DNA of 64,000 nt from positions 6,619 to 70,618 of the forward strand of contig PLCF01000080.1 in the NCBI GenBank assembly GCA_003135555.1, read 5' to 3'. The stretch's first letter is position 1, and every line of letters starts with the position of its first letter. The stretch is from Vulcanimicrobiota bacterium (GTDB lineage: Bacteria > Vulcanimicrobiota > Vulcanimicrobiia > Vulcanimicrobiales > Vulcanimicrobiaceae). The notes beneath the pieces were generated by a model. That model saw nothing but the letters and a program-made list of their open reading frames with translations, did no database searches and was not told the DNA's origin. This document shows positions 43,043 through 52,821 of this stretch, piece after piece. The position numbers and the translations under genes are program-made.

Positions 43043-43864
43043 CTAGTCCTGCTCGCTCGCGGGTCCGGTCAGGTGACGGAGATAGCGCTCGGGCGCGTTG
43101 AGGAAATCGCGGGTCACGCGCACGTGTTCGAGCTCCTCGTAGGGCGTCTCGACGATCGTGTCAGTGTCGAAGACGCGGATCGATGCGCCGGGAAAGGCGA
43201 CGAGGATCGGGGAGTGGGTGGCGATGACGAATTGCGAGCCGGCGGCGACGCTGTCTTGCAAGAGCGCCAGCAACGCCAGCACGCGTGTCGGCGACAACGG
43301 CGTTTCGGGCTCGTCGAGCAGGTAGAGTCCCCGCGGCTGTACGTCGGCCCGGACGATGCCCAGAAAGGTCTCGCCGTGGGAGCGCGCATGCGGGTCGGCG
43401 CCGTATTTGTACGCCAGCATCCCTGCCGTGCTCCGCACATAGCCCGCACCCAGTTGGCGCCTCGACTCGCTCGCTTTGGGGTCGGCGAGCATCGCATCGG
43501 CTTCGGCGTTGATCTCCTTCATCTCGCGCTCGATGCGCTTGGTGAACCCGAACGAGTCCTCGGCCCGGAAGAACACCACCGCGCGCGGACGGCCGCGCTC
43601 GACCGTCTCGAACGCGTCGGCCAGCCGGCGCGGCCCCGATAGTGTCGCGTCGACGTCGACCTCCTCCGCGCCCGCGGCGCTCGCTTCGACGGCGACCGCC
43701 AGCGCTTCGAGCAGGGTCGACTTCCCGCAGCCGTTCTCGCCCATCAGGAACGTCACCGGCGCGGTGAAACGCATCTCGCGCAGCGCGCGCAGCGCCGGAA
43801 CCGTCCACGGAAATGCGTCGTCGATCTCAGCGCCGCGCCGCCGGCGAAACGCCTCGAGAAACAC
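43043..43864 (-). CDS. AAA/ABC-like ATPase (COG3910-like)
   Basis: GENGCGKSTLLEA, SHGETF, LDEPETPLSP, ATHSPIL. Confidence 0.88.
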   Translation of the reverse strand: MFLEAFRRRRGAEIDDAFPWTVPALRALREMRFTAPVTFLMGENGCGKSTLLEALAVAVEASAAGAEEVDVDATLSGPRRLADAFETVERGRPRAVVFFRAEDSFGFTKRIEREMKEINAEADAMLADPKASESRRQLGAGYVRSTAGMLAYKYGADPHARSHGETFLGIVRADVQPRGLYLLDEPETPLSPTRVLALLALLQDSVAAGSQFVIATHSPILVAFPGASIRVFDTDTIVETPYEELEHVRVTRDFLNAPERYLRHLTGPASEQD

Positions 43865-43874
43865 CGCCGCGGGA

Positions 43875-44828
43875 TTAGGTCTTGGCCCGCTTCGTGCGAT
43901 CGGCGAGCAGCTCGCCGATGATGCCGCGCCGGAACAGCAGCACGCACAACGCGAAGATCGTGCCCATCACGATGTTGGTCTTGTCGCCGATCGCGGTCTT
44001 GGAGACGAAGAAGTCCAGCGACTCGAAGATGCCGGCGCCGGCGATCGGACCGAAGACCGTCCCGATCCCGCCCAGGATCGACATCATCACGACCTTACCG
44101 CTGGTGTGCCAATCGACCCCGTCGAGCCCCGAGAGCCGGTTGCCGACCGCGAATAGCACCCCCGCGACGCCCGCCAACGTTCCCGACATCACAAAGGCGA
44201 TGAGCTTGTAGCGATCGACCCGAAAGCCCAGCGCGATCGCGCGCTGCTCGTTCTCGCGCATCGCGCCGAGCACCGCGCCGAAGGGTGAGCGCACGACCCG
44301 CACGACGAGGTACGTCCCCAACGCCGCGACGGCGAGCACCGCGTAGTAGAAGGCGATATCGTTCTCCAGCGCGATCCCGAACAGCGTCCCCCGACTGCTG
44401 AGCTGCACCCCGTTCTCGCCGCCGGTCCAACCGCCGAGTTGGTAGGCGAAGAAGTACTGCAGCTGAGCCAGCGCGAGCGTGATCATCGCGAAGTAGATCC
44501 CCTGGCGGCGGATCGCGATCGCACCGACGATCAGCGCGAGCACCGCGGCGTAGGCGATCGCCAGGATGACCGCCAGCGGAAAGGGGACATTCGCCTTCGC
44601 AATGAGGATCGTCGCGACGTACCCCGCGCCGCCCCAGAACATCGCATGGCCGAACGACAGCAACCCGGTAAACCCAAGCAACAGATCGAAGGCCACCGCG
44701 AATAGCCCGTAGGCAATGATGTCGATCGCCAGCACCGGGTAGACCAGCTTCGGCAGCGCCAGAGCGATCAGCAGGAGCACGGCGGCGACGATCGCGCCGC
44801 GGCGCGTCCCGAATAGCGCGGCGGTCAT
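43875..44828 (-). CDS. livM: Branched-chain amino acid ABC permease
   Basis: LLGFTGLLSFGH, GIYFAMITLA, RENEQRA, ILGGIGT. Confidence 0.9.
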   Translation of the reverse strand: MTAALFGTRRGAIVAAVLLLIALALPKLVYPVLAIDIIAYGLFAVAFDLLLGFTGLLSFGHAMFWGGAGYVATILIAKANVPFPLAVILAIAYAAVLALIVGAIAIRRQGIYFAMITLALAQLQYFFAYQLGGWTGGENGVQLSSRGTLFGIALENDIAFYYAVLAVAALGTYLVVRVVRSPFGAVLGAMRENEQRAIALGFRVDRYKLIAFVMSGTLAGVAGVLFAVGNRLSGLDGVDWHTSGKVVMMSILGGIGTVFGPIAGAGIFESLDFFVSKTAIGDKTNIVMGTIFALCVLLFRRGIIGELLADRTKRAKT

Positions 44829-45703
44829 TTCGCCGAAGCCGGCGCGCCGAACAAGCCGCTCGGCCGGATCAGCAGCACGATGATCATCAGCATGAAGATC
44901 AGCGTGTCGTTGAACGCCGGGAAGATGACCGCTCCCAGCGTCTGCAGCAGGCCCAGGGCGAAGCCGGTGATCACGGAGCCGCCGATCGAGCCGAGCCCTC
45001 CGATCACCACAATCGCGAAGGTGTTGATGATGATCTTGTCGCCCATCGTCGGCTCGACGTTCTGAATCGGCGCAGCCAGCACACCGCCGAGCGCAGCGAG
45101 TGCGACGCCCGCCGCGAAGGTAAGGGAGACGAGCAGCTGCGTGTCGATCCCGAGGGCGCGCACCAGTACCGGCGCCTCGGTCGCCGCGCGGATGCGCGCA
45201 CCGAGCGGCGTGCGTTCGAGGATCAACCACACGACCAAACACACGACCATCGCGAACCCGATCGCGAACAAGCGGTAAGCCGGAAAGAGCGCGAAGCCGA
45301 TGTTCACCGCGAAATCGAGCCCCGCCGGCGTTTCGTAGGGCGAACCTACCGACCCCGCGACGAGCCGCATCGAGTCCTCGATGATCAGCACCAGCGCGAA
45401 GGTGAACAGCAGGCCATAGAGCGGATCGAGCCCGTAGAGCCGCCGCAAGAAGAGGACCTCGATCGCCAACCCGAACGCCGCGACGATCAGCGGCGCTACG
45501 ATGATCGCCGCATAGAACGGCATGTGAACCAGCTGGAAGCCGTAATATGCGACGAACGCGCCCAGCATGAACATCGCGCCGTGCGCGAAGTTCACGATGC
45601 GCAGCATCCCGAAGATGACGCTCAGGCCCAGCGCCAACAGGGCGAAGTACGCCCCGTTGACGAGGCCGTTAAAGGTCTGGGTGAGGAGGTAGTCTGGGCT
45701 CAG
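44825..45703 (-). CDS. livH: Branched-chain amino acid ABC permease (probable CTG start)
   Basis: QTFNGLVNGAYFALLALGLSVIFG..RIVNFAHG extends upstream of the TTG at 45637 to a CTG 1 nt after the livK stop. Confidence 0.9.
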   Translation of the reverse strand: MSPDYLLTQTFNGLVNGAYFALLALGLSVIFGMLRIVNFAHGAMFMLGAFVAYYGFQLVHMPFYAAIIVAPLIVAAFGLAIEVLFLRRLYGLDPLYGLLFTFALVLIIEDSMRLVAGSVGSPYETPAGLDFAVNIGFALFPAYRLFAIGFAMVVCLVVWLILERTPLGARIRAATEAPVLVRALGIDTQLLVSLTFAAGVALAALGGVLAAPIQNVEPTMGDKIIINTFAIVVIGGLGSIGGSVITGFALGLLQTLGAVIFPAFNDTLIFMLMIIVLLIRPSGLFGAPASAK

Positions 45704-45704
45704 A

Positions 45705-46925
45705 CTACCAGTCCTTCTTGCATGTCGATGCCGACTCCGGACGGAAGGCGCGGCCCGGCGGGATCACCTGCACGACCTTGAACCATGCGTGCGGCTCCTT
45801 CACCTGTTCCTTGGGCAGCACGTCGACGACGTACATCTCGTGGATCACGCGGTGGTCGCGTCCGCGCCACTCGCCGCCCTTGGCGTAGAAGTCGTTGAAC
45901 TGCCGGTTGTCGAGGTACTGCTGGATCTTGTCGGCATCGGTGGTCCCGACCGCCTTCACCGCGTCGAGCCACTGCGTGGCGGCCGAGTAGTCGGCGGCCT
46001 GAATGTCGCTCGGCCGCAGACCGTGCATCCGCTTCGCGTACTTGTCCGCCCACTTGCGCGACTCGGGATTGTAGTTCCAGTACCACGACGTGGTGATGCG
46101 CGAGCCCGCATAAACGTCGGGGAGCGCGTCGACGTCGGTTAGGAACAGCAGCCCGACCGCGATCTTCATCACCTTGTCGACGCCGAACTGCTTCGCTTGC
46201 TTCATCGAGTTCGTCGTGTCGAGGCCGGCGTTGAACAGCCCGAGCACCTGCGCGCCTGAGTTCTTCGCCGAGAGGAGATACGACGAGAAGTCGGTTGTCG
46301 AGCCGAACGGATAGAGGTCGGCCTTCTGCATCTTGCCGCCCTTGCGCTCGATCGCGGCGGTGAAGTCGGCAAGCATCGCCGTTCCGAACGCGTAGTTCGG
46401 GACGATCGCGTACCAGGTCTTGCCGTTGGACTGCGCGGCGACGTTGGCGCCGGTCGACGCGGCGAGCGCGTACGTGTCGTACGCATAGTGGTAGGTGTAG
46501 CGGTTGCAGTTCGCGCCGGTCAGCGCGGACGAGGCGCCGCCGGTGACGATGGCGAGCTTCTTCTTCTCCTTGGCGACCGCGGCGACGGCCAGCGCGACCG
46601 CCGAGTTGGTCATGTCGAGCGCCAGATCGGCGCCGCCGTCATAGGCCTCACGCGCTTTGATCGCGGCGTCGGGGCCGTTGTTGCGGTGATCGATCGTGAG
46701 CACCTCGATCGGCCGGCCCAGTACCTTGCCGCCGAAGTCCTCGACGGCCATCTTGGTCGCCTCGATCGCACCCGGACCCGCCAGTGCGGCATAGACGCCG
46801 GACATGTCGGTGATGACCGCGATCTTGATCGGGCCGCTGTCGGCGCCTCGCGCCGGCGGCGCAGGGAACGACGAGGCGAGAAGCGCGAGAGCGAGCACAG
46901 CCGGCAGAGAACGTGAAAAACGCAT
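45705..46925 (-). CDS. livK: ABC substrate-binding protein (LivK/LivJ-like)
   Basis: Signal peptide; DMSGVYA, AVEDFGGKVLGRPIE, DFSSYLL. Confidence 0.88.
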   Translation of the reverse strand: MRFSRSLPAVLALALLASSFPAPPARGADSGPIKIAVITDMSGVYAALAGPGAIEATKMAVEDFGGKVLGRPIEVLTIDHRNNGPDAAIKAREAYDGGADLALDMTNSAVALAVAAVAKEKKKLAIVTGGASSALTGANCNRYTYHYAYDTYALAASTGANVAAQSNGKTWYAIVPNYAFGTAMLADFTAAIERKGGKMQKADLYPFGSTTDFSSYLLSAKNSGAQVLGLFNAGLDTTNSMKQAKQFGVDKVMKIAVGLLFLTDVDALPDVYAGSRITTSWYWNYNPESRKWADKYAKRMHGLRPSDIQAADYSAATQWLDAVKAVGTTDADKIQQYLDNRQFNDFYAKGGEWRGRDHRVIHEMYVVDVLPKEQVKEPHAWFKVVQVIPPGRAFRPESASTCKKDW

Positions 46926-47035
46926 CGGACCTACCTTGGGGGCGGGTGTCGAGAATGGGCCGGACGTTACCCATCGCGGTCGGCGTTCCTCCGGTCGACC
47001 GGGCGAAACCCGGCTTCCGGGGAAGAGACTTGACG

Positions 47036-48856
47036 ATGTCGCGACCGATCGAAGACTATGCGCTCATCGGCGATACGCGCACCGCCGCCTTGGTGTGCCG
47101 CACGGGCTCGATCGACTGGCTCTGCCTGCCGCACTTCGATTCGGGCGCGTGCTTCGCGGCGTTGGTCGGCGACGACGAAAACGGCACCTGGAGCCTGGCC
47201 CCGCAAGGGCACGCGGTCGCGATCAAACGCGTGTACCGCGAGGACAGCATGGTCCTCGAAACCACGTATGACCTCGAAGGCGGTGGCCGCGTCCAGGTGG
47301 TGGACGCGATGCTCGTCGGCAGCGAAGTCCCGCGCGTCCTGCGGCTGGTGACGGGTCTCGCCGGGCGGGTGGCGATGCGGTCGTCGATCCGCATTCGCTT
47401 CGACTACGGTCGCGTCGTGCCGTGGATTCACCGCGCTTCGGGAACCGTGATGGCCGTCGCCGGCCCCGACGCCGTCGCCCTGTACGCCGACGTCCCACTG
47501 CGCGGCCAAGACCTCTCGACGGTGGCCGAGTTCTGGGTCGGGCCGGGTGACCGGGTCGGCTTCGAGATGGCCTACTTCCCCTCGTACGAGGAGCAACCCG
47601 GACCCTCGGACGTCGTCACGGCGCTGCGCCGCACCGATGTCTTCTGGCGCGAGTGGGCGCGCACGTGCCGCTACGACGGGCCCTGGCGGGAGATCGTGAT
47701 GCGCTCGCTGCTCACGCTCAAGGCGCTCACCGACGCGCGCACCGGCGCGGTCCTGGCCGCCCCGACGACCTCACTGCCCGAACAGCTCGGCGGCGTGCGC
47801 AATTGGGACTACCGCTACTGCTGGCTGCGTGACGCCACGTTCGTCCTGGTCGCGCTGCTCAACGCCGGCTACGAGGAGGAGGCGTTCGCGTGGCGGGCCT
47901 GGCTGTTGCGTGCGGTCGCCGGGAACCCCAACCAGATCCAGATCCTCTACGGGTTGCGCGGCGAGCGGCGGCTGCCGGAGTTCGAGGCGCCCTGGCTGCG
48001 CGGCTACGCCGACTCACGACCGGTGCGCATCGGCAACGCCGCGGCCGAACAGCTGCAGCTCGACGTGTACGGCGAGGTCGCCGACGTGATGTACCAGGCG
48101 CATCGCGCGGGGCTGCCGCCCGACACCGACGAGTGGTCGCTCACCAAAGCGGTGGTCGAGGCGGTCGAGAAACAGTGGTCCGAACCGGATCGCGGCCTGT
48201 GGGAGGTCCGCGGACCGGCCCGCCCGTTCGTGCACTCCAAGGTGCTGGCGTGGGTTGCGCTCGATCGTGCCATCTGCGCGATCGAGAAGTTCGGGCTGGA
48301 CGGCCCGATCGACCGTTGGCGCGCGTTGCGCGACCAAATCCACGCCGAAGTCTGCGCGAAAGGCTACGATCCCAAGCGCGAGACGTTCACCCAGTCATAC
48401 GGTTCGGCGGAGATCGACGCTGCGGCGCTGTTGATCCCGCTGGTCGGCTTCTTGCCCCCGTCGGACCCGCGCGTCGCCGGCACGGTCAAGGCGGTCGAGC
48501 GCGAGTTGCTCGTCGACGGTTTCGTGCAGCGCTACACCCAGCCGTCGTCCGACACCGACGGCCTGCCGCCGGGTGAAGGCGCGTTCTACGCCTGCGGCTT
48601 CTGGCTCGCGGACAACTACGTGTTGCAGAAACGCCGTAAGGACGCGCGCGCGCTGTTCGAGCGGCTGATCGGAACCGCAAACGACGTCGGCCTGCTCTCC
48701 GAGGAGTACGACGTCGTAGGCCGCCGCCTCGTCGGCAACTTTCCTCAAGCCTTCTCGCACGTCGGCCTGGTGAACACGGCCTACAATCTCGCCGCCGACT
48801 CCAAGCCCGCCGAACAACGGCGCGGAAAGCAACCGGTTACGACGCCGCCCGCGTAG
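47036..48856 (+). CDS. Glycoside hydrolase family 15 (trehalase/glucoamylase-like)
   Basis: IEDYALIGD, AAPTTSLPE..GG.RNWDYRYCWLRD, GLWEVRG, LLSEEYD, GNFPQAFSH. Confidence 0.93.
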   Translation: MSRPIEDYALIGDTRTAALVCRTGSIDWLCLPHFDSGACFAALVGDDENGTWSLAPQGHAVAIKRVYREDSMVLETTYDLEGGGRVQVVDAMLVGSEVPRVLRLVTGLAGRVAMRSSIRIRFDYGRVVPWIHRASGTVMAVAGPDAVALYADVPLRGQDLSTVAEFWVGPGDRVGFEMAYFPSYEEQPGPSDVVTALRRTDVFWREWARTCRYDGPWREIVMRSLLTLKALTDARTGAVLAAPTTSLPEQLGGVRNWDYRYCWLRDATFVLVALLNAGYEEEAFAWRAWLLRAVAGNPNQIQILYGLRGERRLPEFEAPWLRGYADSRPVRIGNAAAEQLQLDVYGEVADVMYQAHRAGLPPDTDEWSLTKAVVEAVEKQWSEPDRGLWEVRGPARPFVHSKVLAWVALDRAICAIEKFGLDGPIDRWRALRDQIHAEVCAKGYDPKRETFTQSYGSAEIDAAALLIPLVGFLPPSDPRVAGTVKAVERELLVDGFVQRYTQPSSDTDGLPPGEGAFYACGFWLADNYVLQKRRKDARALFERLIGTANDVGLLSEEYDVVGRRLVGNFPQAFSHVGLVNTAYNLAADSKPAEQRRGKQPVTTPPA

Positions 48857-48861
48857 GCCTG

Positions 48862-49710
48862 TTAGAGGTGCGTCGCGACGAACTGCAACATCGCGAGAGC
48901 GCTCGCGCGCCAGAAGCCGTCGTCGTGGCAGCCAGGCTCGACCAGCACGTCGGCCGATGGGCACGCCCGCGCGAACGAGCGTACGCCCGCGGCGAACGGA
49001 TCGTTCGTGCCGCAGCGAATCCGCACCGCGCGCCCGCGCAGCGCTGCAGCATGCGTGATGACATCGTAGCGCGCGAAGTCTTCCGCCCCGTCGAAGGCGT
49101 CACCCACGCTTCCACGCTCGTCACGATAGGACGGAAAGATCGCCGGCCCCGCGACGGCGACCGCGCGATAGCGATCGGGTTCGCGCTCCGCGGCGAGCAG
49201 CGCCCCGTATCCGCCCATCGACATTCCCATCAGCGCTTCGCGCCGCGGCCGCGAACCGGTCATCCGGGCCACGACGTCCGGCAATTCCTCCGTCACGAGG
49301 GCTAAGCGGTTTTCGCCCGACGCGCGCGGGTGGAAGTATGAGTCGCCGGCGTCGATGGTGACCATAACCGAGCGCCTGAGGACCGGGCTGCTGCGAATCG
49401 CAGCCGACAACGGGGCGCCGAAGTTGAGCGCCGCAAAGACCGAGCGCGCCGATGCTGCGCGGCCCGGCAGCACGTAGATCGCACGATCGATCGTGCGCCG
49501 GTCGACGTCATCGGCGACCGCGAGCACGTACGCGACGGGTTGGCGCACGTAACGCGAGCGCAGCGTTCCCGCGATCGTGACGATCCCGGTCGGCGGGGAG
49601 TACGGCACGTCGGTACACCCCTTCGCCAGCACGCGAACGCGATCGCGCACGACGTCGCATCCCGCCAACGGCACGGCTGCCAACCCGAGTAGCAGCGCTG
49701 CGCGCGTCAC
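48862..49710 (-). CDS. Putative esterase lipoprotein (alpha/beta hydrolase)
   Basis: Lipobox LAGC; GMSMGG nucleophile elbow; DPF and GCHD. Confidence 0.8.
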   Translation of the reverse strand: MTRAALLLGLAAVPLAGCDVVRDRVRVLAKGCTDVPYSPPTGIVTIAGTLRSRYVRQPVAYVLAVADDVDRRTIDRAIYVLPGRAASARSVFAALNFGAPLSAAIRSSPVLRRSVMVTIDAGDSYFHPRASGENRLALVTEELPDVVARMTGSRPRREALMGMSMGGYGALLAAEREPDRYRAVAVAGPAIFPSYRDERGSVGDAFDGAEDFARYDVITHAAALRGRAVRIRCGTNDPFAAGVRSFARACPSADVLVEPGCHDDGFWRASALAMLQFVATHL

Positions 49711-50483
49711 GCCGCTAGCGAGTACTCCCGCGCGCGTGCCAGGATGGCGTCGGCGTGGTCGGGGGCGTTGCTGCGCAACCACAAGATGATCGCCTCGGCG
49801 CGCGGCAGCGTCGCCCACGCCGGCCAGTAGTGTGACGTCATGAGGCCATGCAGCACGGCGGCATTGGTGCCCAGCACGTCGCCGATCGCGCGATCGAGCG
49901 CGCCTTCCAGCGACGCGCGCGACGCGACGACGTTGGTGTGCGTGCACATCACGGCGTCGAGCTCGGCGGCGTGGAAATCTTCGCTCAAGACGTCGATCGG
50001 ATAAGCGCAGAACAGCTCGAAATCACGCTCGCTCAGGAGCGCGTTCCACAGCCCCTCGAGCCGAATCGCCGCGCTGAACTGACCCGCCTCCCACAACACG
50101 CCGACCATCTCACCGTACGCGCGCAGCCCGGGGCGAGCAGCTTGCATCTCTCGCACCTTGGCCGCGACGATTTGGTCGAACCGCGCCGCGTCAGGCAAGC
50201 CGTCGACCATGAATTGCGCCAGCGTTTCGTGCGCGTCGAGGAGCGTGAGCCGCCCATTGGCGAGCACCGTGGCGGAATCGACGCCCGCCCACTCGAGCTG
50301 CTCGACGATTGCGCCCGCGTGCTCGGGCACCGCGATGACGACGCCGGCGTGACCGCGTGCCAGCCCCTCGGCGAGATAGCTGCTCACGCTGCGCGCGAGC
50401 GGTCGCAGGTCGCCGTCGTAAAACTGGACGAGGTGCCGGTGCGGCTTCGGCTCGCTGATCTCCGAGCCTGGGGAAACCATCAT
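49707..50483 (-). CDS. MEDS-domain protein
   Basis: HLVQFY, LRAYGEMVGVLW, AAIRLE..WN, LFCAYP. Confidence 0.85.
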   Translation of the reverse strand: MMVSPGSEISEPKPHRHLVQFYDGDLRPLARSVSSYLAEGLARGHAGVVIAVPEHAGAIVEQLEWAGVDSATVLANGRLTLLDAHETLAQFMVDGLPDAARFDQIVAAKVREMQAARPGLRAYGEMVGVLWEAGQFSAAIRLEGLWNALLSERDFELFCAYPIDVLSEDFHAAELDAVMCTHTNVVASRASLEGALDRAIGDVLGTNAAVLHGLMTSHYWPAWATLPRAEAIILWLRSNAPDHADAILARAREYSLAA

Positions 50484-50551
50484 GCTCTTCTTCTTATCGG
50501 GGGTTTGGTCGCCGGGCTTGCGGGCCTACTCCTGCGGAACGGCCAGGGCGG

Positions 50552-50560
50552 ATTGTATCA
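50552..50560 (-). promoter_or_regulatory. Extended -10 promoter for the MEDS gene
   Basis: TGATACAAT on the minus strand about 70 nt upstream of the start. Confidence 0.5.
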
Positions 50561-50614
50561 CGTCATTCCCACCGAGGCCGCCCGAATCACGGGTGCCATC
50601 CCAGCGGTCGGTCG

Positions 50615-52696
50615 CTAGAGAACCACGTCGCGGCTGAGGCTCGACGCCGTGCGGTAGCGGGTGCGCCCGCTCAGCACGGCCCGGGCGTGGCTGCCGCCGC
50701 CGCGCCGGCGTTCGACCGAGAGCTCCTCGGCGAAGGCGGTGACCAGGAACAAGCCCCGACCGCGCTCGGACATGACGTCGATCGGCAGGCGCGGCCGGAA
50801 CTCGAAGCCGCTGCCTTCATCGAGAACGTGCAGCACCGGCGATTGACCCGACACGTCGAGCATCACCTCGATCGGCCCCGGGGCATACCGGACGACGTTG
50901 CCTACCAATTCGCCGAAGACCAGCTCGGCGTTGAGGGCTTCCTCGGCGTTGAGTCCCACGGCGCGCAGCCGGGCTACGAGGTCGGCCCGAGCCCGCGAAG
51001 CCGCGCGCGGATCCGCGGCGTCGAACATCCAGGCCGTTGCGCCACGCGGACCTTCGAGCGAGCGCAGCGGGTGGTGAAACGACACGGCGAGGATCGCGAC
51101 GTCGTCGGGTGCCGGCCGCCCGTGTGCGACGGCGTCGTAGATCTGATGCGCAACGTCCCCCGTCGCAGCTCGGAACGCATCGCGCACGCGCGCTTCGCCG
51201 CTCACCGCGTCGCGGTCGAACTCGGTCAAGCCGTCGGTGTAGCACAACAGCACCGAACCCGGCGCAATGTCGATCGCGTATCCGCCGTCTTCGGCGCGGC
51301 CCCGCAAGCCCAGCGGCAGGTCGCCTTCGTTCAAACTGCTCACCGTCCCGTCCGGTGCGCGCAGCATCGGCGGCGGGTGACCGGCCGAAGCGAAGGTGAA
51401 CTCGAAGCACACCGGATCGAGCACGCCGACAAACGCGGTTACGAACGGGGCTTGACCCATCGCCCGAACGATGCGGTCGACGGCATTGAGCACCGACACC
51501 GGTTCGGGATTGATCAGCGCCGCGGTGCGAATGCTCTGGCGCACGCTGGCCATGGCGACGGCCGCCTCGAGTCCTTTGCCGGCGACGTCGCCGATCGATA
51601 GCACGATTCGTCCGTCGGGCAAGCGGAAGGCGTCGTACCAGTCGCCGCCGACGGTCGCCTCGAGCATCGCCGCCTGATACATCGCATTGAACGTCAGGCC
51701 GGGAACGTCGGGCAGGACCGGAACGAGCGCGGCCTGCTGGAATGTCGTCGCGACCCTGCGCTCGCGTTCGTACGCCGTGGCGTTGCCGATCGCGGGCGTA
51801 ATGCGCCGCCCCAGCTCCTCGAAGAACGGGATGTCGTCGGATGAAAAGGAGCGGCCGCTGCCGCGCATCACCGCGTTGAGGGTCCCCACGACCCTTCCGG
51901 CCGAGAACAGCGGCACGATGAGCGCCGAATCCGAACCGATGGCGGCGAACGTCTCCCGAAACGGTGCGTCGATCGAGCTCTCGCCCTCGGCGAGCGACGT
52001 CGCCGTGTAGACGGTCGGCTTCCCCGTTCGCAAGACGGCGCCCGTCCCGGAATGCGACGCGCGATTCGCATACACGCGGCCGCGCAGTGCATCGAGCCGG
52101 CCGCGCATCACCGCATCGCGGTGGTATGCCGCCGCGAGGCGCACGTCACCCTGATCGTCGAGCAGATTCACCAGGGCCCAATCCGCAAACTCGGGGACGA
52201 TGCTGCGGCTGACCACCCGCAAGGTCTGCTCGAGCGACAGGGCACCCGAAAGCTCGGCGCCGAGGCGCGCGAAAAAGCGTTCGCGCACCCGTGGTCCGTG
52301 GTCGGCGTCGCTTTGGGCCAGCGTTCGCACCGCCTGAACGTCAACGCCCGTCCCGGTCCATCCGGTGAGCGCGCCCGCACCATCGGAGCGGGGCACGACG
52401 CGCACCCGAAACCAGCGTCCCGTGGGATCGTCATGGGCCGCGCAGCAGATCCGCACTTCCATCTCGAACGGCTCGCGCGCCTCGACGCAGCGCGCGAACG
52501 CTTCGGCCGCACTGGGCAGATCGGCCGGATGCACGCTCCGCAACCAGCCCTCTCGCAACGAAGCGTCCGGGCCGGAGGCGTGCTCGTGCCAAGCCCGGTT
52601 CGCCCAGTCGATCGTTCCGTCGGATGCTTGCATCCAAACCAAGATCGGCAGATCGTCGGCGAGACGCCTGAAATCGTCCGGGTTCGGGTTGCTCAT
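50615..52696 (-). CDS. PAS-GAF-PP2C(SpoIIE/RsbU)-HATPase(RsbW-like) regulator
   Basis: VGGDWYD, IGDVAGKG, AGHPPP, YTDGL, DDVAIL, ELVGNVVRY, RGRGLFLV. Confidence 0.9.
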   Translation of the reverse strand: MSNPNPDDFRRLADDLPILVWMQASDGTIDWANRAWHEHASGPDASLREGWLRSVHPADLPSAAEAFARCVEAREPFEMEVRICCAAHDDPTGRWFRVRVVPRSDGAGALTGWTGTGVDVQAVRTLAQSDADHGPRVRERFFARLGAELSGALSLEQTLRVVSRSIVPEFADWALVNLLDDQGDVRLAAAYHRDAVMRGRLDALRGRVYANRASHSGTGAVLRTGKPTVYTATSLAEGESSIDAPFRETFAAIGSDSALIVPLFSAGRVVGTLNAVMRGSGRSFSSDDIPFFEELGRRITPAIGNATAYERERRVATTFQQAALVPVLPDVPGLTFNAMYQAAMLEATVGGDWYDAFRLPDGRIVLSIGDVAGKGLEAAVAMASVRQSIRTAALINPEPVSVLNAVDRIVRAMGQAPFVTAFVGVLDPVCFEFTFASAGHPPPMLRAPDGTVSSLNEGDLPLGLRGRAEDGGYAIDIAPGSVLLCYTDGLTEFDRDAVSGEARVRDAFRAATGDVAHQIYDAVAHGRPAPDDVAILAVSFHHPLRSLEGPRGATAWMFDAADPRAASRARADLVARLRAVGLNAEEALNAELVFGELVGNVVRYAPGPIEVMLDVSGQSPVLHVLDEGSGFEFRPRLPIDVMSERGRGLFLVTAFAEELSVERRRGGGSHARAVLSGRTRYRTASSLSRDVVL

Positions 52697-52821
52697 TGCG
52701 GCGAGTGGCGCATCCTTGGCAGTGAAAGTGCCCGGCATACGGGCGCCCGGATCGTTCGTTCCCAGGACTGGGCCCGGCGACCCACCGCCGGCGATCGCAC
52801 GGCGCGCGGTCCGGCGCATCG

